Of a stretch of DNA of 30,280 nt, positions 15,732 to 24,184 are shown in pieces (the stretch's first letter is position 1; each line of letters begins with the position of its first letter). The position numbers and the translations under genes are program-made. Below the pieces are notes generated by a model, which worked only from the letters and a program-made list of their open reading frames with translations, made no database searches and was not told the origin of the DNA. This DNA comes from Candidatus Hydrogenedentota bacterium (GTDB lineage Bacteria > Hydrogenedentota > Hydrogenedentia > Hydrogenedentales > SLHB01): positions 1 to 30,280 of the forward strand of contig JAWXCN010000170.1 in assembly GCA_034408725.1 (NCBI GenBank), given 5' to 3'.

Positions 15732-17221
15732 GCGCGCGAATCCGCTTCGGCGCGAATCCATTCCGATAACAAACGCACGCCATAACCGCTTGCGAACTTC
15801 GTGTCGAGATAGGAAATACCTTTTGCGCCCCAGGCCGTACCCGCAATATCGAGATGCGCCCACGGCGTGTCACCAACAAATTCCTTCAGAAAGCATCCGC
15901 CCTGAATCGCGCTGGCCTGGCGCGATGGTCCGATGTTGCAGAGGTCGGCATGCTCGCCTTCCATCATCGCGCTATAATCTTCCCATAGCGGAAACCGCCA
16001 CACGCGTTCGCCCGTCACTTTGGACGCTGCTTCGATCTCCGCGTACAACGCATCGTCGGTTGCCATCACCCCCGCCGCGTAATGACCTAGCGCAACGATG
16101 ACACCTCCCGTCAGCGTAGCAACGTCCACAATCTTATTTGGCGCGTAGTGATCAACAAGGTAGGCCAGTGCATCGCAGAGCACCATTCGGCCTTCCGCGT
16201 CGGTATTGTGGACTTCGATCGTTTTTCCATTGTACGCGCGCACAATGTCTCCGGGCTTCTGCGCGTTGCCATCGACGCAGTTCTCCGCGGCCGGCACGAC
16301 GCAGAGAACATTGATAGTAGGTTTTGTCTGGCCAACGGTCTTCATCGCGCCCAGCACAGCCGCTGCCCCGCACATGTCATATTTCATCTCGTGCATGCTG
16401 TCGGACGGCTTGATGCTGATACCGCCTGTGTCAAATGTAATGCCCTTGCCGACCATCGCAAGCGTAGGCGCGTCGTGCGAGGCGTGATGGCTGATGATGA
16501 TGAGTTTCGGCGGTTCCTTGCTTCCCCGTGCAACACCGAGCAGCGCGTTCATGCCCAACTCCGCCATGCGGCCCGCGTCAAGACAATCGTATTCCAGTTT
16601 GTATTTCTCGGCGATGGTTTGCGCCTCAAACGCGAGTTGCGCGGGCGTCATGTCGTTTGATGCGGCATTGCCAAGGTCGCGCGCCCAGTTCGCGTTCGCG
16701 CAGACACGCGCGGCATGATTGCATGCACTAACCTCATCAACTAACGCAAAGGCCGATGCGCCGACCAGCACCACGTCGTCGATTTCTTCCGCAAAAGCAT
16801 CGGGTTTGGGTTTCTTATACCGGTCATACCGGTATTGTCCGAGAACTATACCGTCAATAAAACTTTGCACGGGCCAACGGTGCGATTCGCAATCAATTAC
16901 CAGGCGCGTGATCCGGTGTGAGCGCAGACAGTCAATTGCCTTGCCCGCGGCGCGCCGGATTTTCTCTTTGTCGGGGTCGGCGTCCGGCCCAAGTCCGATC
17001 AGAATAATTGCCCGTGCGCCATCGTCCGCGATGGGCAATGCATACGAATCTCCCGGCTTTCCGCAAAAAACCTTGCGATCGCGGACAGCCCCAACGAGGG
17101 CGCGCCCGGCATCAGAAAGCAACGGCGAATTAAGCGCCGAGTCCTCCCGAAGGGGAATAACCAGCGCGGCCGCGGTATCCGCTTTTTTCCAATCCGACGG
17201 CGTTGTCGCATGAATTTCCAT
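15728..17221 (-). CDS. pepA: Leucyl aminopeptidase (M17)
   Basis: GKGITFDTGG, MKYDMCGAA, NTDAEGR, ATLTG and WAHLDIAG. GAGG SD before the ATG at 17221. Confidence 0.95.
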   Translation of the reverse strand: MEIHATTPSDWKKADTAAALVIPLREDSALNSPLLSDAGRALVGAVRDRKVFCGKPGDSYALPIADDGARAIILIGLGPDADPDKEKIRRAAGKAIDCLRSHRITRLVIDCESHRWPVQSFIDGIVLGQYRYDRYKKPKPDAFAEEIDDVVLVGASAFALVDEVSACNHAARVCANANWARDLGNAASNDMTPAQLAFEAQTIAEKYKLEYDCLDAGRMAELGMNALLGVARGSKEPPKLIIISHHASHDAPTLAMVGKGITFDTGGISIKPSDSMHEMKYDMCGAAAVLGAMKTVGQTKPTINVLCVVPAAENCVDGNAQKPGDIVRAYNGKTIEVHNTDAEGRMVLCDALAYLVDHYAPNKIVDVATLTGGVIVALGHYAAGVMATDDALYAEIEAASKVTGERVWRFPLWEDYSAMMEGEHADLCNIGPSRQASAIQGGCFLKEFVGDTPWAHLDIAGTAWGAKGISYLDTKFASGYGVRLLSEWIRAEADSRA

Positions 17222-17288
17222 TGGGAAGCGCCTCTTGGTACTAGCGGCAAATGGTACTGGAATAGGAGGTAAGGGGCAAACGCCGCTG

Positions 17289-18185
17289 CTAGAACTTGGC
17301 CAGGCGCTGGAATTCACCAAACCGGGCGTCGATTTCCGCGCGATCAATTTCCGCGAGCCGGTCTGGCCCAAATTTTTCGCAAGTGAAGGACGCGGCGACG
17401 CTCCCGTAGATAACGGCGCGGCGAAGCGCCGCGTTATCAGTCTGGTTTGCGCCCGCAAGATGCCCAAGGAAACCGCCGGCGAACGTATCGCCCGCGCCCG
17501 TGGGATCGCACAGGTTTTCGAGGGGATACGCAGGCGCCGAAAATACGTCGTCGTCGCTAAAAAGCATGCAACCATGTTCGCCCTTCTTCATGACAACAAT
17601 GCGAGGGCCCAGCGCGCGCACGGCTTTAACGCCGCGAATGAGATTGTTTTCCCCGGTGAGCAGTTTCACTTCGGAATCGTTGATGATGATGACATCAACA
17701 CGGCGCAGCACCTGTTCGAGCTCGTCTCGCGCAATATTGATCCACAAGTTCATCGTGTCCAGGCCAACAAACCTGGGCTTCGCCTGGTCCAGTACTTCAA
17801 GTTGCAATGACGGATGAATGTTACCCAGAAAAAGAAATGGCGCTTTTCTTGCCGCGTCGGGAAGCTTGGGATGAAAGTGCTCGAACACGTTGAGCTGCGT
17901 CTCGAGCGTGTCGCGGTTGTTCATGTCCTCGTGATACTTGCCGGTCCAACGGAACGTGCGGCCCGGTGCGCGCTCGAGCCCCTCGAGGTTGATGCCTTTG
18001 GCCGCAAGCAGTTCAACATGTTGATCAGGAAAATCATCGCCAACCACGCCGACAAGATTCACCTCCGTGAAATTCGCCGCCGCCAACGCGAAATAAGTCG
18101 CCGCCCCGCCTAATCCCTCGTCATTTCGTCCCTCGGATGTTTCAACTGTGTCCAGTGCGACCGAACCAACTACGGTAATGCTCAT
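17289..18185 (-). CDS. PfkB-family carbohydrate/nucleoside kinase
   Basis: VGSVALD, LGGAATY, INDSE and DPTGAGDTFAGG. Confidence 0.92.
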   Translation of the reverse strand: MSITVVGSVALDTVETSEGRNDEGLGGAATYFALAAANFTEVNLVGVVGDDFPDQHVELLAAKGINLEGLERAPGRTFRWTGKYHEDMNNRDTLETQLNVFEHFHPKLPDAARKAPFLFLGNIHPSLQLEVLDQAKPRFVGLDTMNLWINIARDELEQVLRRVDVIIINDSEVKLLTGENNLIRGVKAVRALGPRIVVMKKGEHGCMLFSDDDVFSAPAYPLENLCDPTGAGDTFAGGFLGHLAGANQTDNAALRRAVIYGSVAASFTCEKFGPDRLAEIDRAEIDARFGEFQRLAKF

Positions 18186-18241
18186 TCGAAACTACCCTCT
18201 CCAATCATTTTCTGGACACGAACCAACATCGTCGACACAAC

Positions 18242-18271
18242 CTCGTTCCCAAGTTCCCGCTTGGGAATGAG
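18242..18271. repeat. Intergenic palindrome (REP-like or terminator)
   Basis: CTCGTTCCCAAG-TTCCCG-CTTGGGAATGAG, an 11/12 inverted repeat 20 nt after the sigma54 activator stop. Confidence 0.65.
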
Positions 18272-18290
18272 AAATCTGGAACAAACTTCC

Positions 18291-19712
18291 CTAGCTCGCT
18301 TCTTTGGCCGCCGGCGGCTGATCGATATTCAATTGGTCCATCTTGTACTTCAGAATGCGGCGGGTCGTGCCAAGGATTTCCGCGGCGCGGGACTGCACAA
18401 AGTTGGATTGTTCAAGCGCATGCGTAATCAGGTGGCGTTCAACCCGGCGCGTGGCCTCCTCAAGGGTGAGGCCATTGAACTCCTCAAGCGCCGATGCCGC
18501 CGATGATGATATATCCGGCGTACTTGTCATTGAGTTGTTGCCAGGAATTGAAGGTGTAAGAATTCCCCGAAGGTGTTCCGGTCTGATCTCGTGCTCGGTC
18601 ATATTCATGACAAGTATTCGCTCGACCATATTCTGCAGCTCACGAATGTTACCGGGCCAATCGTAGCGCGTCATAACGCCCATGGCGTCCGGCGCAAACC
18701 GCTTTACCTTTGCGTTCACGCGCACCCTATGTTTTGCGACAAAAAAATTCACAAGGCTCGGGATGTCTTCCCGGCGATCGCGCAACGGTGGCATTTCAAT
18801 GTTCAGCACATTGACGCGATAATACAAATCCTCGCGAAAGATTCCCTGGGAAATGGCGTCGCGCAGGATGCGGTTTGTCGCGCAAACAAACCGCACGTCC
18901 ACCTCAATTACTTTCGTGCTGCCCACGGGATAAAACTGGCCGTCCTGCAACACACGCAACAATTTCGACTGCGCTTCGAGCGGCATTTCGCCGATTTCGT
19001 CAAGAAACAGCGTGCCGCGGTCCGCGATTTGCATTTTCCCGATGCGCTTCTCTGTCGCGCCGGTAAACGAGCCCTTCTCGTGGCCAAACAGTTCGCTTTC
19101 GACAAGCTGCTGCGGAATTGCACAACAGGACACCGCGACAAATGGGTTCTTTGCGCGTTTGCCGCCGGAATGGATGGCCCGCGCAATAAGGTCTTTACCC
19201 GTCCCGCTTTCACCCGTGACAAGCACGGTGGAATCAACAAGCATCGCGCGTTTCGCCATCGCAAGGGCCTGTTTGAGCACCTGGCTGTCGCCCACGATCG
19301 ATTCAAAGCCCTGCATATCCGCTTCGCGCAAAAGAGCGAGCTCACATTCGCGCTGTTGGTCGGAGATCAGTTGATCGACCTTCAGCGCGATCTCGTCAAC
19401 GTCGAAAGGCTTGATGACGTACTCGCGCGCGCCGCGCTTAATTGCATCGACGGCGGACGCCACGGACTTCACCGCCGTGACGACGATAACGGGAATGTCC
19501 CGGTCTTCCTTCGCGATCTCATCCAGCACTTCCATGCCAGACATAGTAGGCATGACCATGTCGAGCAATACCAGATCGACGTGGGTGTCTTTGATCATGC
19601 GCAAGGCCGTCGGGCCGTCCGCGGCCTGAAGCACGCGGTATTTATCCGACAAAATAAGGCGGTACGCCTCTCGGACGCTTAGTTCATCGTCAACGGCCAG
19701 GACGGTCTTCAT
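18291..19712 (-). CDS. Sigma54-dependent response regulator (REC-AAA+-HTH, NtrC/AtoC family)
   Basis: VDDE/LLD/KPF receiver, GESGTGK, ESELFGHEKGSFTGA, LFLDEIG, FREDLYYR, WPGNIREL and a Fis-type HTH. Confidence 0.95.
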   Translation of the reverse strand: MKTVLAVDDELSVREAYRLILSDKYRVLQAADGPTALRMIKDTHVDLVLLDMVMPTMSGMEVLDEIAKEDRDIPVIVVTAVKSVASAVDAIKRGAREYVIKPFDVDEIALKVDQLISDQQRECELALLREADMQGFESIVGDSQVLKQALAMAKRAMLVDSTVLVTGESGTGKDLIARAIHSGGKRAKNPFVAVSCCAIPQQLVESELFGHEKGSFTGATEKRIGKMQIADRGTLFLDEIGEMPLEAQSKLLRVLQDGQFYPVGSTKVIEVDVRFVCATNRILRDAISQGIFREDLYYRVNVLNIEMPPLRDRREDIPSLVNFFVAKHRVRVNAKVKRFAPDAMGVMTRYDWPGNIRELQNMVERILVMNMTEHEIRPEHLRGILTPSIPGNNSMTSTPDISSSAASALEEFNGLTLEEATRRVERHLITHALEQSNFVQSRAAEILGTTRRILKYKMDQLNIDQPPAAKEAS

Positions 19713-21666
19713 GCGTTGCCCCCGTAGTTGCCTGCTCGACGGCGCGCGGCGCGCCTGCCAACGCGGATACTGTACCTCGCAGGGGCATAAAAAATACAAA
19801 CGTCGAGCCAGCTTGCGAAGACACGAGCTTCAGATCGCCGTGGTGCTGCCGCATGATGCGGTGCGCTACACTCAGGCCAAGCCCCATCCCCGTTTCCCGC
19901 GTGCTGAAAAACGGTAAAAAAACGAGCGGCGCCACACCGGCGTCAATGCCGGGCCCCGTGTCGGCAACGGTAATCTCGCACATGTCGCCCTGCGCGCGGG
20001 TATCTACTTTTAGCTTTCCGCCGCCCGGCATCATCTCGCAGGCATTCTGGAAAACATTGTGGAGCGCCTGCGCGAAATACAACGAATCCAGTTCCGCATT
20101 GGGGTTGGACATGTCGAAATCGACGTTGAGCTGGATGTTCACGTCGCGAAACTTTTCCTCGAATGTTCCCAATACGTTTGTAACGGCGTCGTTGACCGAT
20201 GCGCGCTGCAATGACAGGCGCGGCGGACGCGCGAAATCGTAGAGCGTTTCTACTACCCGGTTGATCCGCGCAACTTCTTTTTGCACCACGTCGCTGAACT
20301 GCGTGCGAAATTCGGTCGAATCGTATTTGCGAGGCAATAGTTGCGCGAACGTGTTGATCGCAACCAGAGGGTTCTTCACCTCTTGCGCCACGCGCGCGGA
20401 AAGGAATTCCCAATACGGACTCCCCAGCACGTCTTCCGAAGGCGCCTTCCCGCTTTCCTTAACGGGTAAACGCGCAAAGATAAGAGCAACGCCGTGCTCG
20501 CCAACCGGCGCTGCACTCACGCCGAGCAACGTATTTGCGCCAATATCCCGGATTTCCTGGCGAAACAGCGCGCGCCCTTCTCCCAGCGCGCGCAATGCAA
20601 CGTCCGCAAACGCGGAACCGAGCCGTTGAACGCTCCGCCCCACAATGTCGCGCTTGCGCACTTGCAACAGGGTCTCGGCGCTCTCGTTCATGAACGTCAC
20701 CGATTTGTCCGGCGCTACAACCACCATGCCCGACGACAAATGCGTAAAGATGGTTTCCAACTGCCCTTGTTGGTCCGCCATGCTGCGATAGCGTCTGGAA
20801 TTCTCCAGAGCGATTCCAGCCGTCCGCGCGAGCAGCGCCAGGAGTTCCCTATCGTCCTGTGAATAATCTCGGCCGGACGGAACGTCTCCCACGAGCAACG
20901 CACCGCTCACCACTCCATCGCACATCAGAGGCGCCGCGAATCGAGCACCGAGTAGTTGCAATTCCTTTTGCGCCGCCGCGTCGACTATGTGACTTCGATC
21001 AATCTGGACAGGCGATTCTTCGAGCAGGCGCATAAGTCCCGCTGAAAAATCGAGCCTCAAGGAATCCGTTACGGTGCGCGGCACGCCCTGCGCCGCCGCG
21101 ACGCGAATGGCCCCGCGCTCTTCCAAAAGCACGGCGCAACGCGCCGCGCCAAATACATCCTTCATCGCCTCGATCAGGTGGTCCGGCAGCCGGGCTGGAT
21201 TATCCAGATTGGCGGTAAGCCGACCTAGCCAGCGCAACGCCGTTTGATGTCGATCCAAGGACAGATGGTCCGTGGACGCCGGATTTGCCGGTGCCACCGT
21301 GGCTGGCGATAGCGCGCATTGTAAACTCGCAGTTTCAACGGCCGCGGTCAGGTTGTCGCATGAAAAAGGTTTGGTCACGCACCCCTGCGCCCCGGCTGCA
21401 ATGTAGCTCGCGCGGGTTTCGCTGTCGCCCCGGCCCAGCAGCGCGACAATGGGAATGAGCGGCGCTTTGGCCCGAATGCGGGCAAGCGCGTCTACGCCAA
21501 GTCTCGGCGTGTCATCGATTAAAATTACGTCTGCCGGCGCCGTGATTAGCCGCCGCAACGCATCGTCCACGCTGGACTCGATGAACACCACACCGGAATC
21601 TTTCAATGAGGCGGCCAACGCCTCGCGGACCCCCGCCTCCTCCGCGACCACCAATACCACTCGCAT
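19690..21666 (-). CDS. Cytoplasmic REC-GAF-PAS-HisKA-HATPase pseudo-histidine kinase (H-box His replaced by Gln)
   Basis: H-box reads RVAQEVKNPL. N, G1, F and G2 boxes are present (NVFQNA, DTGPGI, PFFST, GMGLGL). Atypical N-terminal receiver. Confidence 0.85.
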   Translation of the reverse strand: MRVVLVVAEEAGVREALAASLKDSGVVFIESSVDDALRRLITAPADVILIDDTPRLGVDALARIRAKAPLIPIVALLGRGDSETRASYIAAGAQGCVTKPFSCDNLTAAVETASLQCALSPATVAPANPASTDHLSLDRHQTALRWLGRLTANLDNPARLPDHLIEAMKDVFGAARCAVLLEERGAIRVAAAQGVPRTVTDSLRLDFSAGLMRLLEESPVQIDRSHIVDAAAQKELQLLGARFAAPLMCDGVVSGALLVGDVPSGRDYSQDDRELLALLARTAGIALENSRRYRSMADQQGQLETIFTHLSSGMVVVAPDKSVTFMNESAETLLQVRKRDIVGRSVQRLGSAFADVALRALGEGRALFRQEIRDIGANTLLGVSAAPVGEHGVALIFARLPVKESGKAPSEDVLGSPYWEFLSARVAQEVKNPLVAINTFAQLLPRKYDSTEFRTQFSDVVQKEVARINRVVETLYDFARPPRLSLQRASVNDAVTNVLGTFEEKFRDVNIQLNVDFDMSNPNAELDSLYFAQALHNVFQNACEMMPGGGKLKVDTRAQGDMCEITVADTGPGIDAGVAPLVFLPFFSTRETGMGLGLSVAHRIMRQHHGDLKLVSSQAGSTFVFFMPLRGTVSALAGAPRAVEQATTGATHEDRPGR

Positions 21667-21667
21667 A

Positions 21668-24184
21668 CTACGCACCTTTGCGTTCGGAGGCTCGGTGGGC
21701 TACCGGAAGCGTGATAACGAACGTCGTATCCTGCCCGGGGTTGCTCTCAACGTAGATGCTACCGCCGTGCTCGCTCACGATCCCGTGGACCACCGACAAA
21801 CCCAACCCAGTCCCATCGTCTTTGGTGGTATAGAACGGCGTAAATATCCGATCCAGACTCTCGCTGCTGATCCCGCACCCGGTATCAGTCAAGCAAACCT
21901 TCACACATTCGAAGTCTGGAACCGAACCCTTGACCCCACGCCGCACCAGCGCATGCTCGTAGTCCACCCTGACCCGAAGCGTGCCGCGCGATTTGTCCCG
22001 CATCGCATCTATGGCGTTCAACACGAGATTCAGAAACACCTGGTGTAACTGCTGCTCGTCACCATAAATGTTGACGCGCGGACCGGGAAAATCCGTCTGA
22101 ACCGAAATGCTTCCCTTGCGCAACTGGTTCTCTACCAACACTAGCACCTCTTCGATTATAGCACGAAGGTCTTGCGGTGCAAAGGTTGCTGGTTTCGGCC
22201 GGGCAAAGTGTAAAAGACGGGTGACAATCGAGTCGATTCGCTCCACCTCGTGTGGCACGATGTCGGTAAACGTCGCCCGGAAATCCGGGTCGTCATACCT
22301 AAGTGGAAGCAGTTGTGAGAATGTTTTTATTGAAACAAGTGGATTCTTTATTTCATGTGCCATGCCTGCGGCTAAAGTCCCCACTGAGGACAGCCGGTGG
22401 GCGCGTTGCACGTTCTGTTCCAGCCGTTTCACCTGGGTCAAATCGTACACCACTACCATCGCCCCGATAAGCTCGTCCTCCCCGGCCGTCAGAATTGAGG
22501 ACGACAACACCGCCGGAATGCGTTCGTCATCGGGACGCACGATCACCGTCTCATAGTCAATAATTGGCCGGTGATCGGCAAGCGTTTGTTCCAACACATG
22601 CGCCAGTTGAGTGTCCAGTTCCGAAAGGTGCTGGCCCACTTCGACGGGCCCAACCATCTCGCACATCCATTGGTTCACTGTTGTAACAATGCCCTGGGGA
22701 TCCACCGCGACTACCCCACCGCGCATGTTGGCGAGAATTCGCGCGCGATGCTGGTTGGCCTCTTCGAGTTTCCGGTAAAGCCGCGCGTTTTCTATGGCAG
22801 TGGCCAGTGGGCTGCTCAACGCGGTAAACGCAAGAATGTCCTCCGTTGTGTAAATATCGCGTGACACTTTTTGCCCCAAATTCAATAGCCCGACAAGTCC
22901 GCTTGTGCGCACGAGCGGGACGCAGAGATAGGCATCCAGCTCCGCGAGCATTTCCGCGATTCGATTGGCGTCTTGTGACACCCGTTCGCGCGCAATCTGT
23001 TCAAGGGTGAGGGGTTCGGTATTTTTGCGTACGTAATCAAGCAGCGGACTAAATTCGTGCGTGTGCATCCCCTTTTCCTCCGAGCGGCTCGAATATTCCG
23101 TAATCAGGGTGTTCAGATCGCGTTCATCCACCAGTTGCACCCGTACAACGGACGCGCCCACCGTAAATTCTATATCCCGGCACACGCGTTCCAACATTTC
23201 ATCGAGTTTGACCGTTTCCGAAGCGGTCTTGCCCACCCGTGCAAGCAATTGGTTGACGTCGTACCGGCGGCGCATGACGACGCGGTTAAGCACCAGTTGG
23301 ACACGTTCTTTGATAGGTTCGAGGATTAGTACAATGACGAGCGCCGCGACCACCGTCGGCAATGTGTTTCTCATTTCAGGGCTCATCGGAAGCTCGCCGA
23401 GCATCCAATGCACCGATGTAATGGAGCCGAGAAACACCAGGGCCACCAGTCCGCTTGCGGTGGCGAACACAGTCGTGCGGGAGAGAATAACCCAGATGTC
23501 GAGCAGGTGATAACGCACCATCGCGTACGCGAAAAAACCCATCATGATAACGATGAACACTGGACCATACGGTTCCAGGTCGTTGATTCCAATCATTGGG
23601 CCGACAATATTCGTCAGGAAGCCCGACGCCGTTCCCAACAGAATACCGAGAAAAATGTGCTGCAATTGCCGGCGTTCTATACCCCGCGCACGCCGCAGCT
23701 TGCGGAATAAGTTGGCGTGCATCGCGAAGAACACTACTGCGCACAGTGCCGAAAAACCTGTCAGCAGCGGGCCGTACACCACACGAGGCGGACTTCCCGG
23801 CGGCAGGGTCAGGTCCTGAATATATTCATCGTCCAACACAAGCGAAAGGCAGGTCAGAATCAAACCGCCAGCAGACAAAATAAAAAGCAGAACCTTGGAC
23901 CCATCAAATTTACCGCGCGGAAACAGGCTGATAAAGGTGTAATAAGCCGCGGGCAGTGTACACGCGAACCAGAATGACGCGTTCACCCGCAAACGCGCTT
24001 CTTCGACGGTCTCGGCCCGGATGACAAAAAGAATCGCAGTCGTCCAAAGGAACAGGCTCAAGCACAACGCGACAAAGGACAAATGCGTTGCCGTGCGCTG
24101 CGAGCGCAGCAGCACAATGGCGGCAAGAACAATGCAGGAGATGGCGGAAGCGGCGAGGAAACCCGACGTAATTGCGAGTTCCAT
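21668..24184 (-). CDS. Membrane histidine kinase (HisKA_7TM-like multi-TM, GAF, PAS, HisKA, HATPase)
   Basis: About 9 hydrophobic helices, YAMVRYHLLDI, GAF ending AIENARLY, AGMAHEIKNPL, NLVLNAIDA, DTGCGI and GTGLGL. TGATG overlap with the KS stop. Confidence 0.93.
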   Translation of the reverse strand: MELAITSGFLAASAISCIVLAAIVLLRSQRTATHLSFVALCLSLFLWTTAILFVIRAETVEEARLRVNASFWFACTLPAAYYTFISLFPRGKFDGSKVLLFILSAGGLILTCLSLVLDDEYIQDLTLPPGSPPRVVYGPLLTGFSALCAVVFFAMHANLFRKLRRARGIERRQLQHIFLGILLGTASGFLTNIVGPMIGINDLEPYGPVFIVIMMGFFAYAMVRYHLLDIWVILSRTTVFATASGLVALVFLGSITSVHWMLGELPMSPEMRNTLPTVVAALVIVLILEPIKERVQLVLNRVVMRRRYDVNQLLARVGKTASETVKLDEMLERVCRDIEFTVGASVVRVQLVDERDLNTLITEYSSRSEEKGMHTHEFSPLLDYVRKNTEPLTLEQIARERVSQDANRIAEMLAELDAYLCVPLVRTSGLVGLLNLGQKVSRDIYTTEDILAFTALSSPLATAIENARLYRKLEEANQHRARILANMRGGVVAVDPQGIVTTVNQWMCEMVGPVEVGQHLSELDTQLAHVLEQTLADHRPIIDYETVIVRPDDERIPAVLSSSILTAGEDELIGAMVVVYDLTQVKRLEQNVQRAHRLSSVGTLAAGMAHEIKNPLVSIKTFSQLLPLRYDDPDFRATFTDIVPHEVERIDSIVTRLLHFARPKPATFAPQDLRAIIEEVLVLVENQLRKGSISVQTDFPGPRVNIYGDEQQLHQVFLNLVLNAIDAMRDKSRGTLRVRVDYEHALVRRGVKGSVPDFECVKVCLTDTGCGISSESLDRIFTPFYTTKDDGTGLGLSVVHGIVSEHGGSIYVESNPGQDTTFVITLPVAHRASERKGA

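Noticed and set aside
15732-15863. N-terminal extensions in the ORF track (mtaB to 15863, pepA to 17575, larE to 14448, regulator to 19799, radical SAM-like to 27186, NagD-like from 8873, membrane protein from 702)
   Set aside because: They overlap neighbouring genes or lack homology. Downstream starts have SD sequences or stop/start overlaps.
19055-19080. GSFTGA instead of GAFTGA in the sigma54 activator
   Set aside because: This is a common functional variant and not evidence of degeneration.
18573-19682. Long plus-strand ORF (369 aa), and similar ones at 25270-26331, 24172-24915, 11528-12388 and 7768-8448
   Set aside because: These are antisense shadows of well-supported genes in GC-rich DNA and carry no recognisable motifs.
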